Source of the DNA: Prasinococcaceae sp. CCMP 1430
Lineage: Eukaryota; Plantae; Prasinodermophyta
Direction: 5' to 3'
Assembly: GCA_013416795.1 (NCBI GenBank)
Contig: RQSC01000015.1
Coordinates: 326,072-382,071, forward strand
Length of the DNA stretch: 56,000 bases
The translations under genes were made by a program, and so were the position numbers. Under the pieces are notes generated by a model. It was given only the letters and a program-made list of their open reading frames with translations, did not search any database and had not been told where the DNA came from. Of the stretch, positions 9,990 to 20,128 are shown in pieces; position 1 is the first letter of the stretch; the number at the start of each line of letters is the position of its first letter.

Positions 9990-10668
9990 GCCGAGGACGG
10001 CGGCCCGGGAGGCGACCGACCCGCGAAGAAGGCGCGGCGCGCGGGGGCTGCCCCCGCCGCCGGCGCCGCTCCGGAGCCTGCCACGGCCGTCGCCGCCGCG
10101 GGGGCGCCGCCGAAGGAGGTCAAGGCGGCGCCGACCATCATCCCGCGCAAGGAGCTCGTCGAGCGCATCAAGGCGGCCATGGCCGACGGCCTCACACAGA
10201 AGGAGGCGAGCGCGCGCGTGGGCGTCTGCGTCACCGTCATCAAGCGCATCTGCCGCGCGTGCGGCGTCGGGCGCTGGCCGGGCCGCCGCGTGCGCGCGCT
10301 CAAGGCGCGCGTCGTCGCCAAGGAGGGCAACACCCCCGCGCAGGAGGCGAACCAGACGCCGGCGGTGCAAGCCGCCCAGGGGAAGCCGCAGGCCAACGGG
10401 AACAGCCACGATGCCGCCAAGGGCGCGGCCGCGCCCGTGCTAGCCCCCGCGCCGATCGCTGCGCCGGTGGCCGCTCCGGTAGCCGTGGCGGGCGCGCCCA
10501 GCCTGGGCGCAACCACCGCCGCCGCGAGCGCCGCGGACAACGAGGGCGGCGCGCAGAGCGCGGCCGCCGCGGGGATGCGACGGGAGCCGACGGTGCGCCG
10601 CGCGCACACACGCACACGCACACACACACACGCACGCACACACACACACACACGCACACACGCACACG

Positions 10669-10699
<31 letters not shown>

Positions 10700-11475
10700 A
10701 CACGCACGCACACGCACACTGGCGCGCGCACGCGCGCGCGCTGACGTGCACCACCAATACGAACACCACCACCACCGACACCATCAGCACCAGCAGCAAG
10801 GTCAGCAGCAGGGCGAGGGCGGCGGCGAGGGCGGCCGGGCCCGGCCACGTGGGCGTGCTCCAGCGGGTGCCCGGCCATGTTGGTGCCGCGGCCGCTGCGG
10901 CCGTCGCTGCCGTCGCGGCAGCGGCGGCGAACGGTGGCGCGCATCACGCGGCCGCCGGCAACGGCGTGAACGGCGCTGGCATTGCCATGCTGGCGCAGGC
11001 GACCGCGCAGCCGATCGGCGGCGCTGTCGGCCTGACCACCACGCAGGGCAAGCGCGAGGCCGCCGCCGCGAGGTGGCAGGCGGAAGCGGCGCACACGCAA
11101 CTGGCGATGGACGTGGCCGTGAAGAACGGGGTGTGGGATGGTGCCGGCGGCCTGGCGTCCAGGGCCCGCGAGGCTGCCGCACCCATATCGGGCGTGGGCG
11201 CGCAGGCGCCCATGGCCGTGCCGCCCCCCATTTCGGTCTCGGCGCCGGTGGCCGTGCTCCCGGCAGCCCCAGTGGGCCCAGCGTCCACGCTCGCGCCGCA
11301 CGTGCTGGACGAAGTTAGCGGGGCGCCGGTGCCGCCGACCAGCCTCGTGTCGCCGGTGACGGCCTTCACGACCGTGCACCAGCAGCACGCTGCCGGCATC
11401 CTCGCCATGCCACAGCAGCCGATCGCGCAGCAGGCAGTAGCGCAGCAGCACTTTCAGGCCTATCAGCAGCAGTAG
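9990..11475 (+). CDS. RWP-RK domain transcription factor, 5' truncated
   Basis: [37 protein letters not shown]. (CA)n intron from 10593 to about 10800. Ala/Gln-rich tail. Confidence 0.85.
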
Positions 11476-11709
11476 CAGCTCGGTCGGCCCCGCAGCAGCT
11501 AGAGCAAGAGATGGGGTGTGGCCACCAGCGCGCTCGTGCCCCAGGCCATGATCCGCACCACGTAACGGTACCTTTGCCATAGTGCGCTGGTGCGGCGGCG
11601 CGCGCGTCGTGTTTGGTCGAACGTTTACGGTGAGGAGAGCGGCGGGGAGTGGCGGGGAGGGGGACCCGGCTCGTGTGCTTTCCGGCCCTCGGCGCCGCGC
11701 GCGGCGCGC

Positions 11710-13879
11710 TCAGTCGCCGTTCACCACCGCGTAGCAGCTGGGGAAGACGTGGTCGACTCCTACTTTGGCGAGCATGCCAGTGGCCTCGTCGAAGAATGAG
11801 CGGAAGTGCTCGTAGGCAACGTAGCAGTCGTCCGTACCGCACTGCTCGCGCACGGAGTGCATTGACCACTGCGAAGTGCCGACGTCGACTGCTTTGAGGC
11901 CGATTTTCGCCGAGGTGATAGGGCCGATGGTCGAGCCGCAGCCCATGTCATTGCGCACGCAGAATTCTTCGCGCGTGCACGTGAGGGGCGAGCCGGAGCG
12001 CGCGCGGGCAAGCGTCAGAGACCATGCGCGCGCGGCGGAGTCACGCACGACCGTCCCTCGCCCTCCCTGCCCCGAAAATGGGCGGAAGGAGGAGTCCTTC
12101 GCAGCGCGACCACGCGGCGCCGCACCTTGCACGGGCAGACCCGCGCGCATGCCGATCTCCCTGAAGATTGAGGCCGACACGCCATTGGTCATGTAGCGCT
12201 GGTTGGCGTTGTGTTTAATGACCAGGCCCTTGTGCATGAGCGGTCTGTGATGCCTCTCGTGCTTGTCCGAGTAGTTTGGGTGGACGCCGTGCGCCATGTC
12301 GGCGCTCACCATAAAGCTCGCCTGAACGGCGCGTTCGCACACTGTGCGCGGCGCGGGGAAGGGGGGCGGCGCCGCACGCGAGCACGGCGTGCGGGAGGGT
12401 GGGTGGGCGCCGTGCCACGCGGTCAGCACAGGGCAGCACGAGCGTGCGCCGGAACGCGCCCATCACGCGCGGCACGATTCAATGGCGCCGCCGCACCTCC
12501 CTCCTGTCCCTCGCCCAGTATCCTGCTCACACGCGTCATGCAGTCGCGCATCATGGGCGAGCCCGCGCCGCATGCGGTGGAGCTCCCCACCTCCTCGTGG
12601 TCAAAAAGCGCCACCATGCGCACCCCGGACTCCTCTGCGAGGCTGTCGCGCGGGCCACTTGTGGAGTCGGCCAGCGCGCGCAGGCTGCAGTACGACATGC
12701 ACAGATTGTCGAGGCGGCCGGAGAACACGAACTCGTCGTAGACGCCGCCAACGGTGCTGGGCTGCGTGTCGCATACCTGCAGATCCAGGTCCACGATGTC
12801 CTCTGCCGCGCAGCCCAGCTCCTTGGCGAGGAGGGTCACAAGCACAGAGTGGTGGGCGTTGGCGGGGGCGCCCTCGGGGCTCACGCTATCACCCTCCGCA
12901 AGCGTGCCGTTGCTACCGTTCTCGCCGCTGGTGCGAGCGCGCTTTGCGCCCGCCTTTGTGATCGGCACGGGCCTGTTGAGCTCGTCCTTGATAGTGCTCG
13001 CGAGCACGGGCTTCATGTGTGTCTCGAAGTTTGGCTTGAAGCCATCGGTGTTCACCTGAGTGCGATGGCGCGCTCGTCAGCATCGCAGTGCCGCGCGGCG
13101 TGGCGGGCGAGAAGCATGCCCCACGTGCGCTCGCGCGTGGCGGCGTGGGCAACGCACCGTGCGGCTGAGGTGGATGGCCAGCGTGGGGATGCGCATGATC
13201 GGTCGGTCGATGCGCACGAGGCGGTGCCTCACCGACCCGTCGCGCCGGTCGCGCACGAGGGCGCGGCCCGCGACGGTCAGGTCGCGGTCGAACCACGTGT
13301 GCCACAGCCCGCCGCCGTACGGCGCCACGCCGACTTGAAGGTATCCGTGCGCGCTCGACTTGGAGATGGGCTTGAGGCGCGGGCAGGGCGAATCGGTGTG
13401 CGCGCCGATGATGTTGAAGCCACCGCCGGGCTTGTACGCGCCGCCGATGGCGAACGCGACGATCGCCGAGCCATTGCGCGTGAAGAAGTACTTGCCGCCA
13501 GGGCGCAGCTTTCCATCCCAGCTCTCGGTTTCGGCGATGTGCTCGTAGCCTGCTGCCTCGAGCAGCTTGGCCCCCTCGGCGGTCGCGTGGAACGGCGTCC
13601 AGGCGGCGTTGAGGAAGGCCACGAACTCGTGAGCGAACGCCGCGACGGCTGCGCGCACGCCCCGGGGCGTGCGCGGACGCGCATTGTTCGCACGAGAGAC
13701 GCAGAGGGGAACGCAGGAGGAGGGCAGAGGGAAGAGAGGAGGAAGGGAGGAGACGTCGCCACATGTCAGCGCGGGGACAGGCGGCCGCGGCACAGAGCGG
13801 CGCGACGTCGACAGGCTGGTGCAGGGCGGCGCGCGCCGCCGCAGGTCCGCGTGCGCCACACACCATCCGCTTCGAGCAT
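11710..13879 (-). CDS. Aspartyl aminopeptidase (peptidase M18, DNPEP/AAP family), 5 exons
   Basis: IIGAHTDSP, SGRLDNL, LFDHEEVGS, SADMAHGVHPNY, VRNDMGCGSTIGP, SMHSVRE. Inferred exons 13879-13864, ~13649-13158, 13055-12497, 12341-12126, 11966-11710. Confidence 0.95.
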
Positions 13880-15418
13880 GACGCGCGGCCGTTCGGGGCG
13901 AGAGACAAGCAGATGGGGGCCTGGGGCCGGGGACGGGGAGGGACTCGCGCCGCCGGCGGGGGCTGTGCCGCGCGCCGCGCGCGCGCACTGTGCGTGCGGC
14001 GAGGGGGCCGCCTCCGCGCGCCTCGCGCGGACGCGACGCGGCGCGCCGCGTCCACGCTTGCCCCCATCTAATTGTCGGTATGTTCCCGCTGAGTGATTCC
14101 CAACCGCAAAGCCAGATGCGCCGAGACACCCCGCGATTGATGAGGGAACACCGTGGCGCGGCTCGCCGGCGCTGGCCCGGGCGAGGCCCGGCGCAGCGGC
14201 CGGATATACACCCTATCTACAAACCTAAAATATGCAAACCTTCATGTAACCCAAACCCTCAAACCTGCACCCGCGCGGACTCTCGGCGAGAGCGAGAGCC
14301 TCCATGTGCATGTTCACGTGAGCTCGCGGCGCGCGCGCGTCGGCGCCCACTGCCGCCAAGTGCGAGGTCGCCTTGCCCGTACGTCGCCTCCCGCGCCGCC
14401 GCCAGCGTGGCAGGCAGGCGCCCAACGGGCGACGGCACGTGCCGAGCTGGGCCGGCTGGCGGGATCACGTTATGCGTGACGTTATCGCGCGTCCCCATTG
14501 TCCAACCGACGATGTGTTATGATTACTCAGTGGCGCCCAATTCCCCGAGGCCGTCGAACGAAGGACGCCCCACGACGCACGAGCACACCTCGCGCGTATG
14601 GTACGCATGCGCGAGCACGTACGGCGTACGAGGACGTGCACGAAAGCGCCTTCCGTGCTGAAAAATTCGCGCAAAATCGCCACAAAATCACACACGTTGT
14701 GCCCGCGGATCCCTCGGGATCGGGTGCGCTCGGGTCCCACTGGCACGCGCGCGCGCGCTGGCAGGCGTGTGAGCGCTCCGCGTGCGTGGGTACACTCGCC
14801 GCCTCGGTCGCGGGCGCGTCGCTCCCTCCGACGTTGCGCCGACGCAGCGCCGCCCTCGGAGGCGCCGCGTGCGGGCGCGCAACGCCGCGCGGCATTACGT
14901 GCGGGGCGGCGTGGTTACGTTGGGGCTGCGCCGTATCGATCGCGCGGGCGTGTGGCCGACCTCCGAGGCCACTCATTGGGCGCTCCGGAATTCGGACCGG
15001 GGGGTCGCGCTCCGACGAAATTCAATGCGTCGTTCGCGGTGGGAGCTTCGTGGGTGGTGTCAGAGCGGGTACAAAACGCGGAGTGGTGTGTTGAAAGTGA
15101 GCGTTTGGCGTCGTTTTTTGCGCGGGTGTCGCGTCGGCCGCGCGCGCGGCGCCACTCGGTAGCACCCCGCGCGCGGCGCGGTGTGGAGACGGGAGGCCTG
15201 CGCGAGGACGCCCGCGCGCTCGAGCGCGCGCTCGAGCGCTCGGCTGGGCGCTTTGGCTGGGCTGACCGGCGCGGAGCGGACCGGCGCCGAGGGGGGACAA
15301 GCAAGGGACCGCCGCGCGTTTCGGCGACGGTTCCCCGCGCGGATCTGCTGGTCGCACGCGCCCGCGCGGCGCGGCGTGCGGTGAGGGGTCGAGGGGCGCC
15401 GAGGCATCCACGCCAAGG

Positions 15419-18013
15419 ATGGTGGAGAACACGGGTATTCCGCTGCCGCTGCTCCAGCACTACCTGCAGGTGCTCGCGCCCGCGCCCAATGAATCGGCAG
15501 CCGCTGTGGCTGCAGCGCCAGCGCCCGCCGTGGCCCACGGCACCGCGGCCGCGCTGAGCGCACAGCTGGGTACCATTTGCGGAGGCGCGGCTGTGCCGAC
15601 GCAGCTGCTGCAGCTGCAGGCCGCCGCCGCCGCCGCCGCCGCGCTGCCTGCGCTACACATGCCCCCCCAGGGGCCTGGCGGCGCCACACCGTCGCCGTTC
15701 CAAGGCGCGACCGCGGAGACGGTGCAGCACATGACCGCGCTGGTGGCACAGCAGGTTGCCAACGGCGCGGCCGGCGGTCTGCCTCTCTCGGCGGCGCCGG
15801 GCGCACTCCTGCCAGGATTTCACGCGGGCGGTGGGGGTGGCGTCTTGCCCGCGACGTCGCCTTGGGCGCATGGCCAGGCGCCGAACGCTGCACAGAGCAC
15901 AGCCATGCAAGCAGGTGGCGTCGTTGGAGTGGGTGACGTTCAAGCTGGCCTTGCGGTACACGCACGGGCACTGCTGCAGGCGCAGGCGAGTGCTCAACAG
16001 GTGCAGGCGCAATTGCAGGCGCAGGCAATGGCGCTCGCCGACAGCGCCGGCCTGGGGCCGACCGTGACCGCGCTGGCGGGCGGCGGACCGGGGGCAGCCC
16101 GACCGCCGATCGTTCTGCCCGCGATCGGCACGGCCGTCGGTGCTGGCGGAGTCGCACCCGCGATGCTTGCATCTCGCGATTCCTCAATGGCCGCGCAGCC
16201 GCTCCTCTTCGGCGTGAACGCCGCGAGTTCGGCCGGCGCCGGCGTCAATGCCGCCGCGGGCGTGGCGACGCCGCGCGACGCGCTCCTGCAAGAGCTCAGG
16301 GCACGGCTGGCGCTGTGGCGAGGTCGCGGACGCACCGGCCTTCACTGGGCCTTTTTTGAGGACGCTGGCCCACAGGTGCCGGGCAAGAAAATGGTCAGCA
16401 CGGTCAAGTGTGCCCTCTGCCACTCGTGCGGCGTGTACGACGTCAAGAAAGGATGGGGCGGCGGGCCGAGAAGACACGTGATCACAAAGCATGCCGACTT
16501 GCTGCTTGCGCTCAAAGTGGCAGAGGAATATGCTGGCAACGTCGTCGACACGCCGGCGAGCCTCGACGTGGTTCCCGCCCCCAGGATGTCTGCAGTGGGT
16601 GGCGAGCATGTCGTCGGTGCTGGGGGCGTTCCGGCGGCGCTCTCGCAGAAGCATTCGGTGGTGCCGGGCCTTTCAGTGGGCGGTGCGAACCCAACGAAAG
16701 CGGCCATACACGCGACCGAGGGCAAGGTGTTATCCAAACGCGCTGAGCAGTACGAGCTGCTGCGCACTCTGGCCGCTCGACTTGCGCACTGGCACCGGTC
16801 GGGCCGCACGCAGGCCCACTGGGCGCTGTACGACGTCGACGAGGCTCCGCCCGCGAGCGAGGATGGCGATGCTGATGGAGACTACAACCCCCCGAAGCGG
16901 GCGCGGCGAGGTGAGGGCGCGCACCAGGAACAGCGGGAAGGTGGCGAGGGAGACGACCGGGAACGGGAGGAGGCCGCCAGTGGCCGCCGTGGTCGTGACG
17001 GGCAGGGGAACGAGGGCGACCGGGACGGCGCGCCCTGGGCGAGGTGCGCTTTCTGCTCCGCCTTCGCCGCTAGCGCCGCAAGCGGCGCCAGCAGGCTGGC
17101 GAAGCACGCGAAGCAGAAGCATCCCGAACTGCTAGAGTTGGTGCAGCAGATGATGAAGGTGGACCTGACGGCCAACATCACAGACATTGGTGGGCTGAGC
17201 AAACGGCTGGGCGTAGACGCGCCGGCTGACGCCCCCCAAGGCGAGCCCGCGCGGAGGGTGAGCGCCAACGACGCTGCCGTCCCCAGCGACGAGGACGGCG
17301 GCCTTGGCGGCGGCGGCGCGGGTCATGCCAGAATGGACAGGAGCGCGCGCCCGCCCAAGCGCCGCCTCCTCAAGTCGCAGCTCCGCCGCATCAACATTGA
17401 GCTCATGGCTCAGCTCCTGCGTCGCCTATCGCTTTGGCACGCCAAGAAGCGCGTGCAGACGTACTGGGCGCTCTTTGATCTGCACGAGGAGAAGGCGCAG
17501 GCCCCCACCGTCTCGACCGAATCGGGGTTTCCCTGCGTCGTCAAGGCTGGCAACTGGTACATGAAGGTCAAGTGTTTTCTGTGCGAGGGCGAGCGCCAGG
17601 GCTCGTACACCATCTGGCGTGGCGGTGGCGTGGGCGGCCCGCTCAAGCACATGACCACTTACCACGCCGACATCCACGCCGCGCTGCAGTCCATCGTGGC
17701 GCTCGCCGCGGACTGCCCGAGTGGTGGCGCCAACGCCGGCACTAGCGCCGAGGGGGCGAAGGCGGCGGGCCAAAAGAGGGGTGTCGAGGGCGGCGGCGCC
17801 CAGGGCGGTGGCGAGAGCGCGGGCGAGAGAGGAGGCGCAACGGGCGCGGGGTCACGCAGTCCGCACAGCCCCTCGTCCGCCGCGCAAGACGCCGCGTCCT
17901 CCGCCGCCGTGGCGTCCGCCGCCGCGTGGTCCGCGCGGCGGAGGGCGGGCGTCTTCAACATGTCCATCCCGGAGATCAACGCGGAGCTCGCGCCCGCCCG
18001 CGCGCGGAAGTAA
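15419..18013 (+). CDS. 864-aa protein with three BED-type zinc fingers, no transposase domain
   Basis: Three repeats of RL..W...R...(H/Y)WA(F/L)(F/Y)...CxxC...Hx4H. Ala/Gln-rich N-terminus. Single open frame. Confidence 0.75.
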   Translation: MVENTGIPLPLLQHYLQVLAPAPNESAAAVAAAPAPAVAHGTAAALSAQLGTICGGAAVPTQLLQLQAAAAAAAALPALHMPPQGPGGATPSPFQGATAETVQHMTALVAQQVANGAAGGLPLSAAPGALLPGFHAGGGGGVLPATSPWAHGQAPNAAQSTAMQAGGVVGVGDVQAGLAVHARALLQAQASAQQVQAQLQAQAMALADSAGLGPTVTALAGGGPGAARPPIVLPAIGTAVGAGGVAPAMLASRDSSMAAQPLLFGVNAASSAGAGVNAAAGVATPRDALLQELRARLALWRGRGRTGLHWAFFEDAGPQVPGKKMVSTVKCALCHSCGVYDVKKGWGGGPRRHVITKHADLLLALKVAEEYAGNVVDTPASLDVVPAPRMSAVGGEHVVGAGGVPAALSQKHSVVPGLSVGGANPTKAAIHATEGKVLSKRAEQYELLRTLAARLAHWHRSGRTQAHWALYDVDEAPPASEDGDADGDYNPPKRARRGEGAHQEQREGGEGDDREREEAASGRRGRDGQGNEGDRDGAPWARCAFCSAFAASAASGASRLAKHAKQKHPELLELVQQMMKVDLTANITDIGGLSKRLGVDAPADAPQGEPARRVSANDAAVPSDEDGGLGGGGAGHARMDRSARPPKRRLLKSQLRRINIELMAQLLRRLSLWHAKKRVQTYWALFDLHEEKAQAPTVSTESGFPCVVKAGNWYMKVKCFLCEGERQGSYTIWRGGGVGGPLKHMTTYHADIHAALQSIVALAADCPSGGANAGTSAEGAKAAGQKRGVEGGGAQGGGESAGERGGATGAGSRSPHSPSSAAQDAASSAAVASAAAWSARRRAGVFNMSIPEINAELAPARARK

Positions 18014-18380
18014 GCACGGCGGGCCAGTGAAGGCGCCGGGCCCTCCTCACCGGAGCAGCCCTCGTCCCCTCGACTCGGCACTGTACTGTAATACCTCGTG
18101 TGGATGGGCCACTCGAACACGAGCGCTCTGATGCGATTTGACGAACGGCGCCAGCACTCTGGTGCGTTTTGATGGCGCAGTGCTGGCGGCATATCCGCGC
18201 GGCGCTGCGCTGGCAGATTTGGTCTGCGTCGCTGCGGGCGGGGGCGGACGAGGCCGCCGCTGGGGCGGGCGGCGCCAGCCAGACACCCGAGCCGAGGGCA
18301 GTGGGTCTCAAGGACACGGCCATTGGGCGGGCGGCGCGCGCGCGCGACGCGCGCGGCACGTGCGCTGCGATGCCGGGCGC

Positions 18381-19535
18381 ATGGCGTCGGGCAGCTACAG
18401 CTTCAGGGTGCCCGTGAGCGAGGAGGACCTCATGGCGCAGGCTCAAACTGCGGCGCTCGCCGCCCTCGCCGACGGCCACGCGCTGGTCGAGGTGGAGATG
18501 CCGCCCGTGGACACCCGCGGCGTTTCCACCGGCGACTCGATCGCCATCTCAGAGTACAACGCTGCGCTTCGCACGGTGCGGCGCTTCGTTCGCGTCTTCG
18601 AGCAGCTGGGCACCGCCGAGAGTGTGCGCGTGTGGTTCCCTGACAGCGGAGAGGCCGACATCGCCGTCCACGGTGCGGGCATCAACCCCGCCAGCGGTCA
18701 GTGGGAGCAGGAGGCAGAGTTCGACGACTGGAACGGGGGCGTCGACGCGTTGCTCGGCGGCGACGTGGTCACCAAGCTCTCGCTGCTCTCCCAGGGATAC
18801 GCTACCGGCGGCTCTCTCAAATCCGGCGTCGCGGACGAGGTGCAGACGGACGACCGCCTCTACGTGATAGCCTACCCATACGAGAGCGACGACGAGCTCA
18901 TCGCCGCCATGGAGCTGTGGGAGACGGAATGGGCGCGGCGCCCGATGCTGTTCGTGAACGGCGGCCTCGACACCGCGCGCTCGCGATGGAGCGCGCCGTG
19001 GGCGAGCAAGGCGAAGCGCATGCGCGAGGAGTTCCTGCCACGCGTCGAGGCGGCGTTCTACCTGCACGAGTTCCGCAGCCAGGCGGGCGGTGGCATGCTG
19101 CTGCGCGCGTATCCCGGGCCATGGCGCGTGCTGCGGCGCGACCCCGCGGGCGGCTACGTGTGCGTCGAGGAGACCGACGAGCGGCCCGAGCTGCGCGACG
19201 TCGCGCTGCAGTACTTCAGCGGCGGCCTCACGACGAGCACGCTCACGACGGCCCCCGAAGGCGCTGCGAGCGAGCTCAGCGACGACAACACTGCGTTTTA
19301 CGCCGCCCTCGAGGTCAAACGCGACGTCACGCGCGCCGATCTCAGCGTCGCGTACCGGAGGTTGGCGCGCGAGCACCACCCCGACGTCGGCGGCGACGCC
19401 ATGCGCTTCTACCAGCTCACGCGCGCGTACGCGGTGCTCAAGGACGCGCGCAAGCGCGCGCTGTACGACAAGCACGGCGAACGCTTCGTCGAGCACCTCG
19501 GCTCGAGCGAGGCGGAGGTGGACGGCAGCAGCTGA
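18381..19535 (+). CDS. DUF1995 (LPA3-like) domain fused to a C-terminal J-domain
   Basis: LVEVEMPP, VRVWFPDSGEA, PMLFVNGGLD, AFYLHEF..GMLLRAYPGPWRV..RP. J-domain FYAALEV..AYRRLAREHHPDVGG..LYDKHG. The true start may be upstream. Confidence 0.75.
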   Translation: MASGSYSFRVPVSEEDLMAQAQTAALAALADGHALVEVEMPPVDTRGVSTGDSIAISEYNAALRTVRRFVRVFEQLGTAESVRVWFPDSGEADIAVHGAGINPASGQWEQEAEFDDWNGGVDALLGGDVVTKLSLLSQGYATGGSLKSGVADEVQTDDRLYVIAYPYESDDELIAAMELWETEWARRPMLFVNGGLDTARSRWSAPWASKAKRMREEFLPRVEAAFYLHEFRSQAGGGMLLRAYPGPWRVLRRDPAGGYVCVEETDERPELRDVALQYFSGGLTTSTLTTAPEGAASELSDDNTAFYAALEVKRDVTRADLSVAYRRLAREHHPDVGGDAMRFYQLTRAYAVLKDARKRALYDKHGERFVEHLGSSEAEVDGSS

Positions 19536-20128
19536 GCTGTGTGCAGCTGGCCCGCAGAACGGGCGTGCGCGCGCATGCGTCCTGGTGCGGGGCACTGGCA
19601 TTGGCATAGCATCGCATGTCGCCCATGCGCACGTGTGCGCACGGCGCGCGTGCCGCTGCACCGTATATATTAACCGTACAATTGACCACCATCCATATGC
19701 ACGGACCACGCGAAGAGTTCGGGCCACGCCATTGCCGTGCCATCTGAGCACCTCCGCGCTGTCTGCGCTCCGCGATGGCCCTTCGCCCCAGAACGGACGC
19801 GCGCAAACGCCGTGGCCTCTGCGCCGTATCGGGAGCGTATCCCCGCTGGTGGTAGACACGTGTCGCATGCTGGGAAGGGACTGCTTAACGACGAACAGGA
19901 TTTTTGGATTGGGGTTTGGAATTGGAACCGGATTGGGTTGGATGTCTCTTCGGAAAGCAAACGACATCACGACGGACGAGAATCTGCCGCGTGATCGATC
20001 GCCGCGCCGGGAAAACGGGCATGCGCGGCGAATCGCGTCACGACCGAAAGCGTACCGCACGCACACGTGCCACACCGGCCGCGAGTGGAGGGCGCGCGCG
20101 CGCGGCGGGCAGGGAGTACCCGGGAGCC

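Noticed and set aside
10179-10320. RWP-RK gene as the mating-type gene MID
   Set aside because: Only the generic domain is visible, the protein is longer than MID and is 5' truncated; a phylogeny is needed.
14130-15418. Several 100-320-aa Arg/Ala-rich ORFs between the aminopeptidase and the BED protein (similar ones at 19540-20128 and 26420-27350)
   Set aside because: No recognisable motifs; stop-codon scarcity at this GC content explains them. Treated as intergenic.
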